This document shows, one piece after another, positions 1-9,025 of a stretch of 64,000 nucleotides of DNA (the first letter of the stretch is position 1; the number at the start of each line of letters is the position of its first letter). The notes beneath the pieces are model-generated. The model saw only the letters and a program-made list of their open reading frames with translations, was not told the DNA's origin and ran no database searches. This DNA is from Salinisphaeraceae bacterium. GTDB taxonomy: Bacteria; Pseudomonadota; Gammaproteobacteria; Nevskiales; Salinisphaeraceae. Location of the stretch: positions 54,040-118,039 of the forward strand of contig NYTH01000008.1 of assembly GCA_002683405.1 (NCBI GenBank), in the 5' to 3' direction. Both the position numbers and the translations under genes were made by a program.

Positions 1-109
1 GAGTATCGCGCAGTCCTGGCGTCCGGACGGATGGGGCGAGCGCGCACCGTGGGCACGGCTGTTCTCGAACGCTCGGCGCTTTGTGGGCTGATGCCTGCCG
101 GGGGCCCGG

Positions 110-550
110 CTAGCCGGCGGGGCGCCGGAGAATCAGTTCGCCGTGACTCTGCCGGCCGGTATCTTCGAAGCCGATGGAGTCATACAGCGCCCGCGCGCCG
201 GTATTGGCCGGCGTGATGCTGAGCATGACCGCGGCGTCTGGCCGCAGGTCCGCCATTTCCTCAAGCATGGCCAGCATGCCGGCCCGCCCGTAGCCCTGGC
301 CCTGGAAGCGCCGGTCTATCATGAAACGGGGTATCCAGAAGACCTGCTCCACCGGTTCGTGCAGGTACATGCCAAATCCGATCATGACGTGGCCGTCATA
401 GACAGCGCGCGGCTGGCACTCCGGCTGCACGTAGGCTTCGGCCAGCGAATACAGATTGGTCGCCAGCAGGCCGGCCTGGTCGTCGCCGACCTGAAGGTGG
501 ATACAGGCCTGCCAGTTCTTCAGCGTGACCGGTTGCAGGTGGACAGACAT
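110..550 (-). CDS. GNAT-family N-acetyltransferase (diamine/polyamine acetyltransferase-like)
   Basis: 146-aa ORF with the acetyl-CoA motif A 'RFQGQGYGRAGM'. Size and layout match small SpeG/BltD-type GNATs. It lies 23 nt downstream of the HDAC-family gene on the same strand. Confidence 0.85.
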   Translation of the reverse strand: MSVHLQPVTLKNWQACIHLQVGDDQAGLLATNLYSLAEAYVQPECQPRAVYDGHVMIGFGMYLHEPVEQVFWIPRFMIDRRFQGQGYGRAGMLAMLEEMADLRPDAAVMLSITPANTGARALYDSIGFEDTGRQSHGELILRRPAG

Positions 551-573
551 TTTTCAACCCGACAATGCGATGA

Positions 574-1683
574 TCAGTCGTCCATCTGCGCAAACGCGCT
601 GCGGTGGAATTCGCTGATCTCCATGACTTCGGTCAGGCCCGGTTCGCTGGGTTCGGCCGGCTCGCCGCCGGCCATGACTTCGAGAATGGTATGCACGCCG
701 CGAGCCACGGTATCCGGGTTGTAGCCGCCCTCGAGCGCCATGACGAGCCTGCCGTCGCAGTAGTCGTCGGCCAGCTTCTGGACAATGCCTGTCAGCGCGC
801 TGAATCCCTCGAAGCTCAGGTTCATGCACAGCTCGCTGCGGTGGGCGTCGAGGCCGCAGGATACGAGGATCAGGTCGGGTTGGAACCAGGCTGCCGCGGG
901 AACAAGTATGTCGCGGAAGGCCCGGACCATGGCGAGATCGCCGGTGTCGTCCGGTAGCGGTACGTTGACAACCGTACCCTCTCCCAGACCGTCGCCCACT
1001 TCCTCCAGCAGGCCGGTGCCCGGATAGAAGGGGGCCGCGCGGTGCGTGTCGAAGAACAGCACGCTGGGATCGGCGGCGAAGATGTCCTGCGTGCCGTTGC
1101 CGTGGTGGGCATCCCAGTCGATGATGAGCACGCGTTCGCAGTCCCACCCGGCCTGGGCGTGCGCGGCCGCCACTGCGATATTGTTGTACAGACAGAATCC
1201 GCGGGCCCGCACGGCATTGGCGTGATGCCCGGGCGGCCGGCAGATCACGAAGGCCGAGCCCGCCATGCCGCCGCACACCGCGTCCACGGCCTTGATGCAG
1301 GAGCCGGCGGCCACTTCGGCCGCTTCGACGCTGCCGGGTGAGACGGCCGTGGTGTCGATGTCCAGCCAGGCCTGCTGGCCACGCAGCTCGTTGATATTTT
1401 CGATGTACGACGTGGTGTGTACGCGGGCCAGCTCGTCTTCGGTTGCGGCGCGGCCCGCCTCCAGCCGCGTACCGGCCACCGGCTCGGCCTGCAGCAGGTC
1501 GTAAACCGTGGTCACGCGGCCGGGGTGCTCGGGGTAGCTCCACTTGGCCTCGAGCCCCAGGCCATCCAGCACGTTCCGGATGCGGCCGTTCAGACGGCCA
1601 TCCAGAAAGGGCTGCTGCATGTCGGGCCGGTGATCGAGCATGCGCTCGTCGTAGATTACAAGTACGTCGCGATCACCAACCAC
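574..1683 (-). CDS. Histone-deacetylase-family amidohydrolase (acetylpolyamine/acetyl-lysine deacetylase-like)
   Basis: 369 aa with all arginase/HDAC-fold signatures present: 'RPPGHHA', 'DWDAHHGNGTQ', 'CGLDAH' and 'LEGGY'. GTG start at 1683 is preceded by a GAGGA Shine-Dalgarno 7 nt upstream. Confidence 0.9.
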   Translation of the reverse strand: MVGDRDVLVIYDERMLDHRPDMQQPFLDGRLNGRIRNVLDGLGLEAKWSYPEHPGRVTTVYDLLQAEPVAGTRLEAGRAATEDELARVHTTSYIENINELRGQQAWLDIDTTAVSPGSVEAAEVAAGSCIKAVDAVCGGMAGSAFVICRPPGHHANAVRARGFCLYNNIAVAAAHAQAGWDCERVLIIDWDAHHGNGTQDIFAADPSVLFFDTHRAAPFYPGTGLLEEVGDGLGEGTVVNVPLPDDTGDLAMVRAFRDILVPAAAWFQPDLILVSCGLDAHRSELCMNLSFEGFSALTGIVQKLADDYCDGRLVMALEGGYNPDTVARGVHTILEVMAGGEPAEPSEPGLTEVMEISEFHRSAFAQMDD

Positions 1684-1747
1684 CTGGATATCCTCGAATC
1701 GGGGTCATCGAAAATCGCATGCGATTGTGCACGCGCGGCAGATCGGG

Positions 1748-2053
1748 TCAAGCGTCGGTCTGCCAGCGGTAGCGGGTGAGATCGACCCGCCCGTTCAGGA
1801 AAACGATGCCTTCGTCTTCCAGGCGCCGGCGCTGCGTGAGCGCCGAGGTCGAGTCCGGCGGCAGCGCGATGCGGCCCTGGGCATTGATCACGCGATGCCA
1901 TGGCAGCGTCTTGGGACACCGATGCAGCGCATAGCCCACCTGGCGCGCCTGCCGGGGCAGTCCCGCGACGTCGGCGATCTGCCCGTAGGTGGCCACCCGC
2001 CCGGCAGGGATGCGTCGAACAGCGGCGTAGATGCGTTGGCGCGTGTCGGACAT
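1748..2053 (-). CDS. Alkyltransferase-like (ATL) protein, MGMT-family DNA-binding domain without the catalytic Cys
   Basis: 101 aa. 'ATYGQIA' helix-turn-helix region, and 'LPWHRVINAQG' where O6-alkylguanine transferases have PCHRV. Confidence 0.85.
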   Translation of the reverse strand: MSDTRQRIYAAVRRIPAGRVATYGQIADVAGLPRQARQVGYALHRCPKTLPWHRVINAQGRIALPPDSTSALTQRRRLEDEGIVFLNGRVDLTRYRWQTDA

Positions 2054-2128
2054 GGCTAGCAGGCGTGCGCAGTATCAACGCCCCATGATACAGCCGCTTC
2101 GGCTTTTCCGGCGCGGGACCCGGACAGT

Positions 2129-2154
2129 AAAAAGCCCGGCCAGGTGGCCGGGCT
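2129..2154 (-). terminator. Rho-independent terminator after the MlaC-like gene
   Basis: Perfect 9-bp stem agcccggcc/ggccgggct with 4-nt loop aggt. On the minus strand it is followed by a TTTTT run (aaaaa at 2129-2133), 35 nt after the stop codon. Confidence 0.7.
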
Positions 2155-2188
2155 GTAACAGGCGGGGCGAGCGATCAGCTGCCTTGGC

Positions 2189-2902
2189 TCAACTGCTTTG
2201 GGTCGGATCGATCGGCTTGCCTTCCAGGTTGTAGCGGCGCTCGAGCTGCTGAATCAGCTTTTCAAGTCCGTTGTGCTTGATCTGCTGGGCAAACTGGGCG
2301 CGGTAGCTGGTCACGAAGGACAGCGAACCCACACTGCCGTTGTAGACCTTCCACTGGTTGTTCACCAGATGCAGATTCAGATTCACCGGAATCTTGTCGC
2401 CGTCGTCGGTCAGCGCGTTGGCGCGGAAGGTCACGTCCGTGGCGCCCGGTTCGGCCTTGAGCGGCTCGAATTCAATCTGATCACGCTCGAAACCCACCAG
2501 GGCGTTGCCGTAGGTGCGGATCATCATCACCTTGAAGGCCCGGATGAAGCGTTCTTTCTGTTCCGGCGTGGCCTTCGTCCAGGCGCGGCCCAGCACCAGA
2601 CGTGACGTGTGGTCCACGTCGATCAGCGGGATCAGCACCCGGTCGACCAGCGCATAGAGCTGTTCGGGGTCCTTCAGCATGGCCTCGCGGTTGCCTTCGA
2701 GCCCCTTGAGCAGTTCGTCCACGGCATCCCGCGCGACCTTTTCGGGTGGCTTGGGCTTGGCTGTCGAGGCCGACGCCGAAGCCGATGCGCCGGCCTGGCT
2801 GACCGACAGCAGGCCGCTGGCCAGGGCGGGAGCGCTCACCAGACTGGCGCTCAGCGCAGCCGAAAGGCAGAGCGTACGAAAATTGATCGGCGTTTTGCTC
2901 AT
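2189..2902 (-). CDS. MlaC/Ttg2D-like periplasmic phospholipid-binding protein (stand-alone)
   Basis: Start chosen at MSKTPINF (ATG 2902) with an AAGGAG SD 7 nt upstream. Signal peptide 'LCLSAALSASLVSAPALA'. The body resembles the toluene-tolerance Ttg2D/MlaC family ('IDVDHTSRLVLGRAW', 'FKVMMIRTYG'). Confidence 0.78.
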   Translation of the reverse strand: MSKTPINFRTLCLSAALSASLVSAPALASGLLSVSQAGASASASASTAKPKPPEKVARDAVDELLKGLEGNREAMLKDPEQLYALVDRVLIPLIDVDHTSRLVLGRAWTKATPEQKERFIRAFKVMMIRTYGNALVGFERDQIEFEPLKAEPGATDVTFRANALTDDGDKIPVNLNLHLVNNQWKVYNGSVGSLSFVTSYRAQFAQQIKHNGLEKLIQQLERRYNLEGKPIDPTQSS

Positions 2903-3046
2903 GAATATCTCCTTGCACAAATCAATGGCGACCTTGCGACGTATTCTGGCGTGTCGGCCCTGAATGAATGCTTAATAACACGCGCCGCGATGGCTTGTCT
3001 GATCAGACCCTGTTTCCGACCATCGGTTCGACCTGGTACCGCATAT

Positions 3047-3733
3047 TCAGAAGGCGTTGGCGAGTCGTCGCCAGTCCTCGCGCGGGGTACCAGGCAGGCC
3101 GAGGTGGCGGGTGAGTGCCGCCAGCAGCGTGTCGGCCACCGCTTCCATATCAGCGGGACCGCCTTCCCTGACGACATCGGTCATGCGCAGCCCGCTGTAG
3201 CCACAGGGATTGATACGTTCAAACGGCGACAGGTCCATATCGACGTTCAGCGCCAGCCCGTGATAGCTGCAGCCGCGCCGAATGCGCAGGCCAATCGAGC
3301 CGATCTTGGCATCCTGCACGTACACGCCCGGCGCGTCGGCCCGCGCCGCTGAGGCAATGCCGTACTGCGCCAGGCAGTCGACCATGGCCTGCTCCAGTGC
3401 CGTCACCAGGCTACGCACGCCCAGGCCCAGGCGCTGGATATCGACCAGCGGATACAGCATGAGCTGGCCCGGGCCGTGATAGGTGACCTGACCGCCGCGA
3501 TCGGTCTGTACGACCGGGATATCGCCGGGCATCAGCAGATGCTCGGGCCGGCTGTTGGTGCCCAGCGTGAAGACCGGTTGGTGACTCATCAGCCAGATGG
3601 CGTCCGGGGCATCGGAGGCGCGCGCGTCATTGAAGTCGCGCATGGCCCGCCAGACCGGCTCGTAGGGCGCCAGACCCCTGTGCCAGCTGACAGTCGCAGA
3701 CGGGGCGGGAACCGGCCGGTGGGCTGCGTTCAT
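3047..3733 (-). CDS. lipB: Octanoyltransferase (lipoyl(octanoyl) transferase)
   Basis: 228 aa with '[21 protein letters not shown]' and '[10 protein letters not shown]', typical LipB motifs. Sits next to ybeD as in enterobacteria and pseudomonads. Confidence 0.93.
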   Translation of the reverse strand: MNAAHRPVPAPSATVSWHRGLAPYEPVWRAMRDFNDARASDAPDAIWLMSHQPVFTLGTNSRPEHLLMPGDIPVVQTDRGGQVTYHGPGQLMLYPLVDIQRLGLGVRSLVTALEQAMVDCLAQYGIASAARADAPGVYVQDAKIGSIGLRIRRGCSYHGLALNVDMDLSPFERINPCGYSGLRMTDVVREGGPADMEAVADTLLAALTRHLGLPGTPREDWRRLANAF

Positions 3734-3996
3734 AGGGCCATCAGAACCTGCTGGCTGCCGGTCAGATCACTGTAGATGGCGTCGATCTGGTCCTGGCTGG
3801 TGGCCACGATATTGACCGTAACGGCAAGATACTTGCCGCCACTGCTGGGCTTGGCGCTCATGTCGCTGCGCCTCAGATCAGTCACGTGCGGCGCGACCAG
3901 GTCGAACACACGGGCCTGGAAGCCGCCGTCGTCCTTGCCGAACACCTTGATGGGGAAGTCGCAGGGGAATTCCAGCAATGTCTCGCGCGTGCTCAT
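3730..3996 (-). CDS. ybeD: YbeD-family protein (DUF493)
   Basis: Start taken at [20 protein letters not shown], a characteristic YbeD N-terminus. ATGA overlap with the dat stop codon, and a 4-nt overlap with the lipB start. Confidence 0.85.
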   Translation of the reverse strand: MSTRETLLEFPCDFPIKVFGKDDGGFQARVFDLVAPHVTDLRRSDMSAKPSSGGKYLAVTVNIVATSQDQIDAIYSDLTGSQQVLMAL

Positions 3997-4856
3997 GACG
4001 CTGATTGTAACGCGGCCTGAATCCACCCCCGGTACTGGTGCCAGACGGTACCGGCGCGGCCGCTGCCGACCGGCTCGTCATCCAGGCGGGTGACCGGAAA
4101 CAGCTCCCGCGTGGAACTGCTGAGCCAGAGCTCGCTCGCCTGCCGCAGTTCGGTGCGGCTGACCGGTCGCTGGGTTACGGGCTGAGCGTGCTGTGCAGCC
4201 AGGCCGATTACCCAATCTCGGGTAATGCCGGGCAGCACGCGATGATCCAGCGGCGGCGTGACCACCGTATCGCCGAAAACCGCGAAGAGATTGCTCGACG
4301 CTCCTTCCACGACCTCGTCGCCGCGGCAGAGCAGGGCCTCGTTCGCGCCCGCGGTCAGGGCCTCGTCGGAGGCCAGGACGTTGGGGAGCAGGCTGGTGGA
4401 CTTGATGTCACACCGGTTCCAGCGATCATCCTCACGCACAATGGCCGACACGCCGGCCTCCAGCTCGGCGTCGGAAGGGTTTCTGCGCGGCTGGCAGAAC
4501 GCCACCACGGTCGGCCTGCAGTCCTGCGGAAAACGGTGCTCGCGTTTGGCTGGCGCGCCGCGCGTGACCTGCAGATACAGCGCCAGATCGCCGCTGCCGT
4601 TGGCCCGGACCAGCGCATTCAAAAGCTCGGACCAGGTTTCATCAGTGTGCGGATTATTCAGCCGGATACCGTCGAGGCTGCTCTGCAGCCGCCGCAAGTG
4701 CGCCTGAAGCTGAAACAGCCGGCCGTCGTAGACCGGTATGACCTCGTACACGGAGTCGGCAAACAGGAAGCCGCGATCCAGCACCGACACGCGCGCTTCG
4801 GCCAGCGGACAGTGTTCACCGTTGATCAGCGCAACGCAGGGGCCGGAGCTCGCCAT
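3993..4856 (-). CDS. dat: Class IV (fold type IV) aminotransferase, D-amino-acid/D-alanine aminotransferase-like
   Basis: 287 aa starting at MASSGPCVALINGEH. 'RGFLFADSVYEV', 'CDIKSTSLLPNVLA' (candidate PLP lysine) and 'EGASSNLF'. The longer 455-aa ORF is an out-of-frame read-through into dacA and was rejected. Confidence 0.85.
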   Translation of the reverse strand: MASSGPCVALINGEHCPLAEARVSVLDRGFLFADSVYEVIPVYDGRLFQLQAHLRRLQSSLDGIRLNNPHTDETWSELLNALVRANGSGDLALYLQVTRGAPAKREHRFPQDCRPTVVAFCQPRRNPSDAELEAGVSAIVREDDRWNRCDIKSTSLLPNVLASDEALTAGANEALLCRGDEVVEGASSNLFAVFGDTVVTPPLDHRVLPGITRDWVIGLAAQHAQPVTQRPVSRTELRQASELWLSSSTRELFPVTRLDDEPVGSGRAGTVWHQYRGWIQAALQSAS

Positions 4857-4858
4857 GA

Positions 4859-6007
4859 CTATTTGAACAGCAGCATGAACTCGTCGGCTATCTGCCGGAA
4901 AACACCGCCTTCCTCTACCGCGTGGGCCGGATACAGCGGTTCCTGATGCAGCAGCTTGTCGCCGTAGCTCACCTTGAGCGTACCCACCGGCTCGTCGGCA
5001 GACAGCGGGGCCATGAGCACCGCCGGCAGTTCCGCGGTGGTGCGCAGTTCGTCGCGCTGCCCGCGCGGCACCGCCACGTGCACGTCGCCGCGGGCCTTCA
5101 GCGCCACTTCGGTCACCGAACCCTTGTACACGCGCATCTTGCTGATGGCGGCGCCATCCTCGTAGAACTTGTACGGCTCGAAGAAGCGGAAGCCGTACTC
5201 CAGCAGCGCGCGGTTGGCGGTCTTGCGCGCAGCATCGCTGCGGGTGCCGGTCACCACCGAAATCAGGCGCATGCCCTCGCGTCTGGCCGAGGCCGCCAGA
5301 CAGAAGCCGGCCGATTCGGTGTGGCCCGTCTTGATGCCGTCTACCGTTTCGTCGGTCCACAGCAGCGAATTACGGTTGTTCTGCGTGATGCCGTTATAGG
5401 TGAAGGATTTCTCGTGATAGTAGCGGTCGTAGTAGTCGGGGAAGTCCTCAATGAGTGCGTGCGAGAGGTGGGCGATGTCGCGGGCACTCATGTAGTGGTT
5501 CTCGGCCGGCCAGCCGGTCGCGTTGACGAAATGGCTGTTGGTCAGGCCCAGCTCTTCGGCGTACTGGTTCATGTAGCTGGCAAAGGTGTCTTCCGATCCG
5601 GCCACGAACTCGGCCAGCGCGACGCTGGCGTCGTTGCCCGAGGCGACCACCACGCCGCGCAGCAGGTCTTCGACGCTGACCTTCTTGTTCACCTCGATGA
5701 ACATCTTGGAGCCGCCCATCTCGTAGGCCTTCTGGCTCACGGTGACTTCATCATCCAGCGCGATGCGTCCCTGCTTGAGCTCATCGAAAACGATATAGCT
5801 GGTCATGATCTTCGTGATGCTGGCCGGCTCGACGCGCTTGTCGGCGTCCTTGTCCGTCAGCACCTGGCCGCTGGCAAAGTCCATCAGCACGTAGCTGGCG
5901 GCATCCGGACTGGGGGCGTCCGGCAGCGGCCGGGGTGCGGCCAGCGCGACACCTGAAACAATGCACAGGGAAATAAAGCGGAGAACTCGGTGCATGGGCT
6001 TCTTCAT
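4859..6007 (-). CDS. dacA: D-alanyl-D-alanine carboxypeptidase (PBP5/6 family)
   Basis: 382 aa with a signal peptide. 'SITK' (SxxK), 'SGND' (SxN) and 'KTGHT' (KTG) motifs are all present. Confidence 0.92.
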   Translation of the reverse strand: MKKPMHRVLRFISLCIVSGVALAAPRPLPDAPSPDAASYVLMDFASGQVLTDKDADKRVEPASITKIMTSYIVFDELKQGRIALDDEVTVSQKAYEMGGSKMFIEVNKKVSVEDLLRGVVVASGNDASVALAEFVAGSEDTFASYMNQYAEELGLTNSHFVNATGWPAENHYMSARDIAHLSHALIEDFPDYYDRYYHEKSFTYNGITQNNRNSLLWTDETVDGIKTGHTESAGFCLAASARREGMRLISVVTGTRSDAARKTANRALLEYGFRFFEPYKFYEDGAAISKMRVYKGSVTEVALKARGDVHVAVPRGQRDELRTTAELPAVLMAPLSADEPVGTLKVSYGDKLLHQEPLYPAHAVEEGGVFRQIADEFMLLFK

Positions 6008-6073
6008 TCGGTTGATAACAGTGGGCGGCGCCCCGGCGGCGGGGCAGAGTGTAGCGCGCAGTCCCGACCCGGG

Positions 6074-6910
6074 CTAATAGCGCAGGGCGGACACGCTAAA
6101 GCCGTTGGCCTCCAGCCGCTGGCGCGCAAGCCGGGCCTGGTCGTTGCTCTCGTAAGGCCCGACCTGAACCCGGAACAACGCCCCGGGCCGGTCGTCGGTG
6201 GATATGAATACATCGGTAAATCCCAGCGCCTTCAGGCGGTCGCTGGCCCGCTGGGCATTGCTCTGCTCGCCGTAGGCGCCGATCTGCAGATATAGCGACG
6301 GTGGCGTGTCGGTGACGTGAGCCGAGGCCCCACCCTCCAGGGCCACAATACGCACCGGTGCGGTGCCCCGATCGATGACGCCCAGCCGCGTGGCCGCCGC
6401 GTAGGACAGATCGATGATTCGCCCCTCGTGGAACGGCCCCCGATCGTTGATTCGCACCACGGCCTCGCGCCCGTTTTCCAGATTGGTGACCCGCACGTAG
6501 CTGGGCAGGGGCAGTGTCTTGTGCGCGGCCGTCATGCCGAACATGTCGTATACCTCCCCGCTCGAGGTGTCGCTGCCCTGGAATTTCTGACCGTACCAGG
6601 ACGCAATGCCGGACTGTTCGAAGCCGCGGCTGCTGGCCAGCACGTGATACTGCTCGCCCAGCACCTCGTAGACGTCGGGGTTGCCGCGCAGCGCCAACGG
6701 CTCGGGCCGGGGGACGGCATCCGGCACGGCGTGAACGTCGGCGGGAATCGTCTGCGGTGGTGGCGGACCGTCTATCGCCGGGCGATCCACCGGGCCGGAG
6801 ACCGGCGGTGCGGGGGCCGGCGACGCGTCGGGTCTGACCGAGGGCTGGCCACCGCAACCCGCGAGCACCAGCGCCAGCGAAAACCCCAGCAGCAGTCCGC
6901 TTATCCGCAT
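6074..6910 (-). CDS. rlpA: Septal ring lytic transglycosylase RlpA (DPBB + SPOR domains)
   Basis: Lipobox 'LAGCGG'. DPBB core 'ASWYGQKFQGSDTSSGEVYD...YVRVTNLENGREAVVRINDRGPF'. C-terminal SPOR-like segment 'LYLQIGAYGEQSNAQRA...FRVQVGPY'. Confidence 0.92.
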   Translation of the reverse strand: MRISGLLLGFSLALVLAGCGGQPSVRPDASPAPAPPVSGPVDRPAIDGPPPPQTIPADVHAVPDAVPRPEPLALRGNPDVYEVLGEQYHVLASSRGFEQSGIASWYGQKFQGSDTSSGEVYDMFGMTAAHKTLPLPSYVRVTNLENGREAVVRINDRGPFHEGRIIDLSYAAATRLGVIDRGTAPVRIVALEGGASAHVTDTPPSLYLQIGAYGEQSNAQRASDRLKALGFTDVFISTDDRPGALFRVQVGPYESNDQARLARQRLEANGFSVSALRY

Positions 6911-6914
6911 GCCG

Positions 6915-7916
6915 TCAACCCTCTTCGGCGAGGTTCTGACGAATCAGCTCGCCCAGCTGGAACACCGCCATGGCGTACATGCGGCTGTGATTGTAGTCGG
7001 TGATCACGAAGAAGTTGTGGTAGCCCACCCAGAATTCCGGTCCTTCGGTTGTTTCCAGTTCGACCAGGCCCACCGGGAAGTCCGCTGCCGGCGCCGCGGA
7101 TACGCGAATGTCCTGCGCCGCCAGATCCGCATAGCGGTAGCGCGTCTCGCGGCGGCTGCGCTCCAGGGCGGATTCGATTGCCTGGTCAAGCGCCTTGTCG
7201 GCGACCGGCTCATCGCGGCGCCAGCCGTGTTCGGCGAAATAATTGGCCACGCTGCCGATGATGTCGGCCGGCTCGTTCCACAGATCGCGCTTGCCGTTGT
7301 CGTTGAAATCCACGGCGTAGGCCAGATAACTGCTCGGAATGAACTGGGGCAGTCCCATGGCGCCCGCGTACGAGCCGACCGCGGTGTTCGGGTCGATATC
7401 CTCCTCGGCGGACAGGCGAATGAAGTCGCCGAGCTGCCCGTAGAAGAATTTGGCGCGCGGCGGGTAGTCGAACCCCAGCGTGGCCAGGGCATCGAGGACC
7501 CTGTCCTTGCCGATGAATGCGCCGTAGCGGGTCTCCACGCCGACGATGGCGGAAATGATGTGCGCCGGCACGCCGTACTCGGCCTCGGCGCGCTCGAACA
7601 GCGCACGATGCTTGCGCACGAACGCGGCGCCGTCTTGTGCCCGGTCCGGCTGCACGAAAATGGGCCGGTAGTCGGACCAGGTCAGGCGTTTTTCGGCCGG
7701 CCGCGACATCTTGTCGATGACCGACTGCTGGTAGGCGGCGTCGGACAGGATGGCGCGCGCGCGCGCCGGGTCCACCCCGTGCTCCTTTTCGAGCGTCTGG
7801 ATGAGCCTGACGCCCTCCGGCCGCTTGTCGTAGGTCACGCCGTGGGCCAGCACGGCGCCCGAGGTCATCAGGCAGGCGACCAGCGCGGCCGTCCGGGTCT
7901 TGAGTGAGAATTTCAC
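6915..7916 (-). CDS. mltB: Lytic murein transglycosylase B family (soluble SltB-like)
   Basis: 333 aa with a signal peptide and no lipobox. 'IVGVETRYG', 'SYAGAMGLPQFIPSS' and 'YNHSRMYAMAV' are typical of the MltB/SltB1 family. Confidence 0.9.
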   Translation of the reverse strand: MKFSLKTRTAALVACLMTSGAVLAHGVTYDKRPEGVRLIQTLEKEHGVDPARARAILSDAAYQQSVIDKMSRPAEKRLTWSDYRPIFVQPDRAQDGAAFVRKHRALFERAEAEYGVPAHIISAIVGVETRYGAFIGKDRVLDALATLGFDYPPRAKFFYGQLGDFIRLSAEEDIDPNTAVGSYAGAMGLPQFIPSSYLAYAVDFNDNGKRDLWNEPADIIGSVANYFAEHGWRRDEPVADKALDQAIESALERSRRETRYRYADLAAQDIRVSAAPAADFPVGLVELETTEGPEFWVGYHNFFVITDYNHSRMYAMAVFQLGELIRQNLAEEG

Positions 7917-9025
7917 GTTGCCAGCAATCTTCTGTGGGTGTTAATGGACATGAGCATGCCGAAGGACATGAGCAGCACCACCATGGACGTGCCACCGTAA
8001 CTCACGAGAGGCAGGGGCACGCCCACCACGGGCAGTATGCCGATGACCATGCCGATGTTGACGAAAACGTAGACGAAAAACGTCAGGCTGAGGCTGCCGG
8101 CGAGCAGCCGCTGAAAGGTGTCCTGGCTGCGCCAGGCGATGTACAGGCCGCGCAGAATGATAAAGAAATAGACCGTCAGCAGGGCCAGCACGCCCATCAG
8201 GCCGGTTTCCTCGGCGAACACCGCGAACACGAAGTCCGTGTTCGACTCCGGCAGAAAATTCAGATGCGCCTGACTGCCGTTCAGCCAGCCCTTGCCGAAC
8301 AGGCCGCCCGAGCCGATGGCGATCTTGCTCTGGGTGATGTGGTAGCCAGCGCCGGTGGGATCGCTCGCCGGATTGAGCAGGGTGAGCACGCGGGTCTTCT
8401 GGTAGCTGTGCATGTTGTACCAGAGCAGCGGGCCGGCGGCGGCCGCCAGCAGGGCGAGCAGGGCCATCAGCCGCCAGTGGACCCCCGCGAGAAACACCAC
8501 GAACGCGCCCGCTGCGACCACCAGCAGCGCCGTGCCCAGGTCTGGCTGCAGCCCGATCAGGACCGCCGGCACGGCAAGCAGCAGCAGGGTCACGAGCACC
8601 ACGCGCCAGCCGGGCGGCAGGGCGCGATCGTGCAGAAAGGCCGCCACGCACAGCGGCACGGCCAGCTTGACGAGTTCGGACGGCTGAAAGCGGATGAAGC
8701 CCAGATCGAGCCAGCGTTGCGCGCCCATGGCGGTGGTGCCCACAGCTATGACGATGAGCAGCAGCGCCACCGACAGGCCGTACAGCCAGGGCGCGGCCGT
8801 GCGGTACCACTCCGGCGGTATCTGCGCCACGACGAACATGGCCACCAGACCCACGCCCAGCCGCAGCGCCTGGTTGGTCATCATCTGCATCGACTGGCCG
8901 GAGGCGCTATAGAGCACCAGCAGTCCGAGCGCGAGACAGATGAGCAGCCCCGTAAGCAGCGGGACGTCCAGCCGCCAGGCGGTCAGCCATTCGCTGACGG
9001 TAATGCGGTCGCTGCGGGGGCTCAT
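7913..9025 (-). CDS. mrdB: Peptidoglycan glycosyltransferase RodA (SEDS family)
   Basis: 370 aa and polytopic. 'LDLGFIRFQPSELVKL' and 'PESNTDFVFAVFAEE...GILPVVGVPLPLVSYGGTS' are SEDS signatures. 4-nt overlap with mltB and 1-nt overlap with mrdA. Confidence 0.95.
   Translation of the reverse strand: MSPRSDRITVSEWLTAWRLDVPLLTGLLICLALGLLVLYSASGQSMQMMTNQALRLGVGLVAMFVVAQIPPEWYRTAAPWLYGLSVALLLIVIAVGTTAMGAQRWLDLGFIRFQPSELVKLAVPLCVAAFLHDRALPPGWRVVLVTLLLLAVPAVLIGLQPDLGTALLVVAAGAFVVFLAGVHWRLMALLALLAAAAGPLLWYNMHSYQKTRVLTLLNPASDPTGAGYHITQSKIAIGSGGLFGKGWLNGSQAHLNFLPESNTDFVFAVFAEETGLMGVLALLTVYFFIILRGLYIAWRSQDTFQRLLAGSLSLTFFVYVFVNIGMVIGILPVVGVPLPLVSYGGTSMVVLLMSFGMLMSINTHRRLLAT

Noticed and set aside
1-109. 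Small ORF at 31-216 (+) and a GC palindrome (gccggg gg cccggc, about 95-108) at the left edge.
   Set aside because: The ORF overlaps the GNAT gene antisense and has an Arg/Gly-rich artefact composition. The palindrome leaves a 2-nt loop and has no U-tract, so I do not call a terminator.
574-1683. The HDAC-family genes (574-1683 and 61898-62830) as bona fide histone deacetylases or eukaryote-derived genes.
   Set aside because: The context and codon composition are bacterial. Bacterial members of this fold act on acetylpolyamines, acetoin-pathway substrates or other small-molecule or protein substrates. Only the family-level call is supported.
3993-5360. N-terminally over-extended ORF calls. 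These are 3993-5360, 36063-38255, 53961-56549, 53945-54868, 24928-25866, 13628-14242, 15628-17172, 16923-17732, 50624-51190 and 47113-47502.
   Set aside because: In each case the upstream part overlaps the neighbouring conserved gene out of frame, or runs antisense to it, and is compositionally aberrant. An internal start with an SD and/or a start/stop overlap yields a product with the canonical N-terminus of the family. The trimmed coordinates are reported instead.
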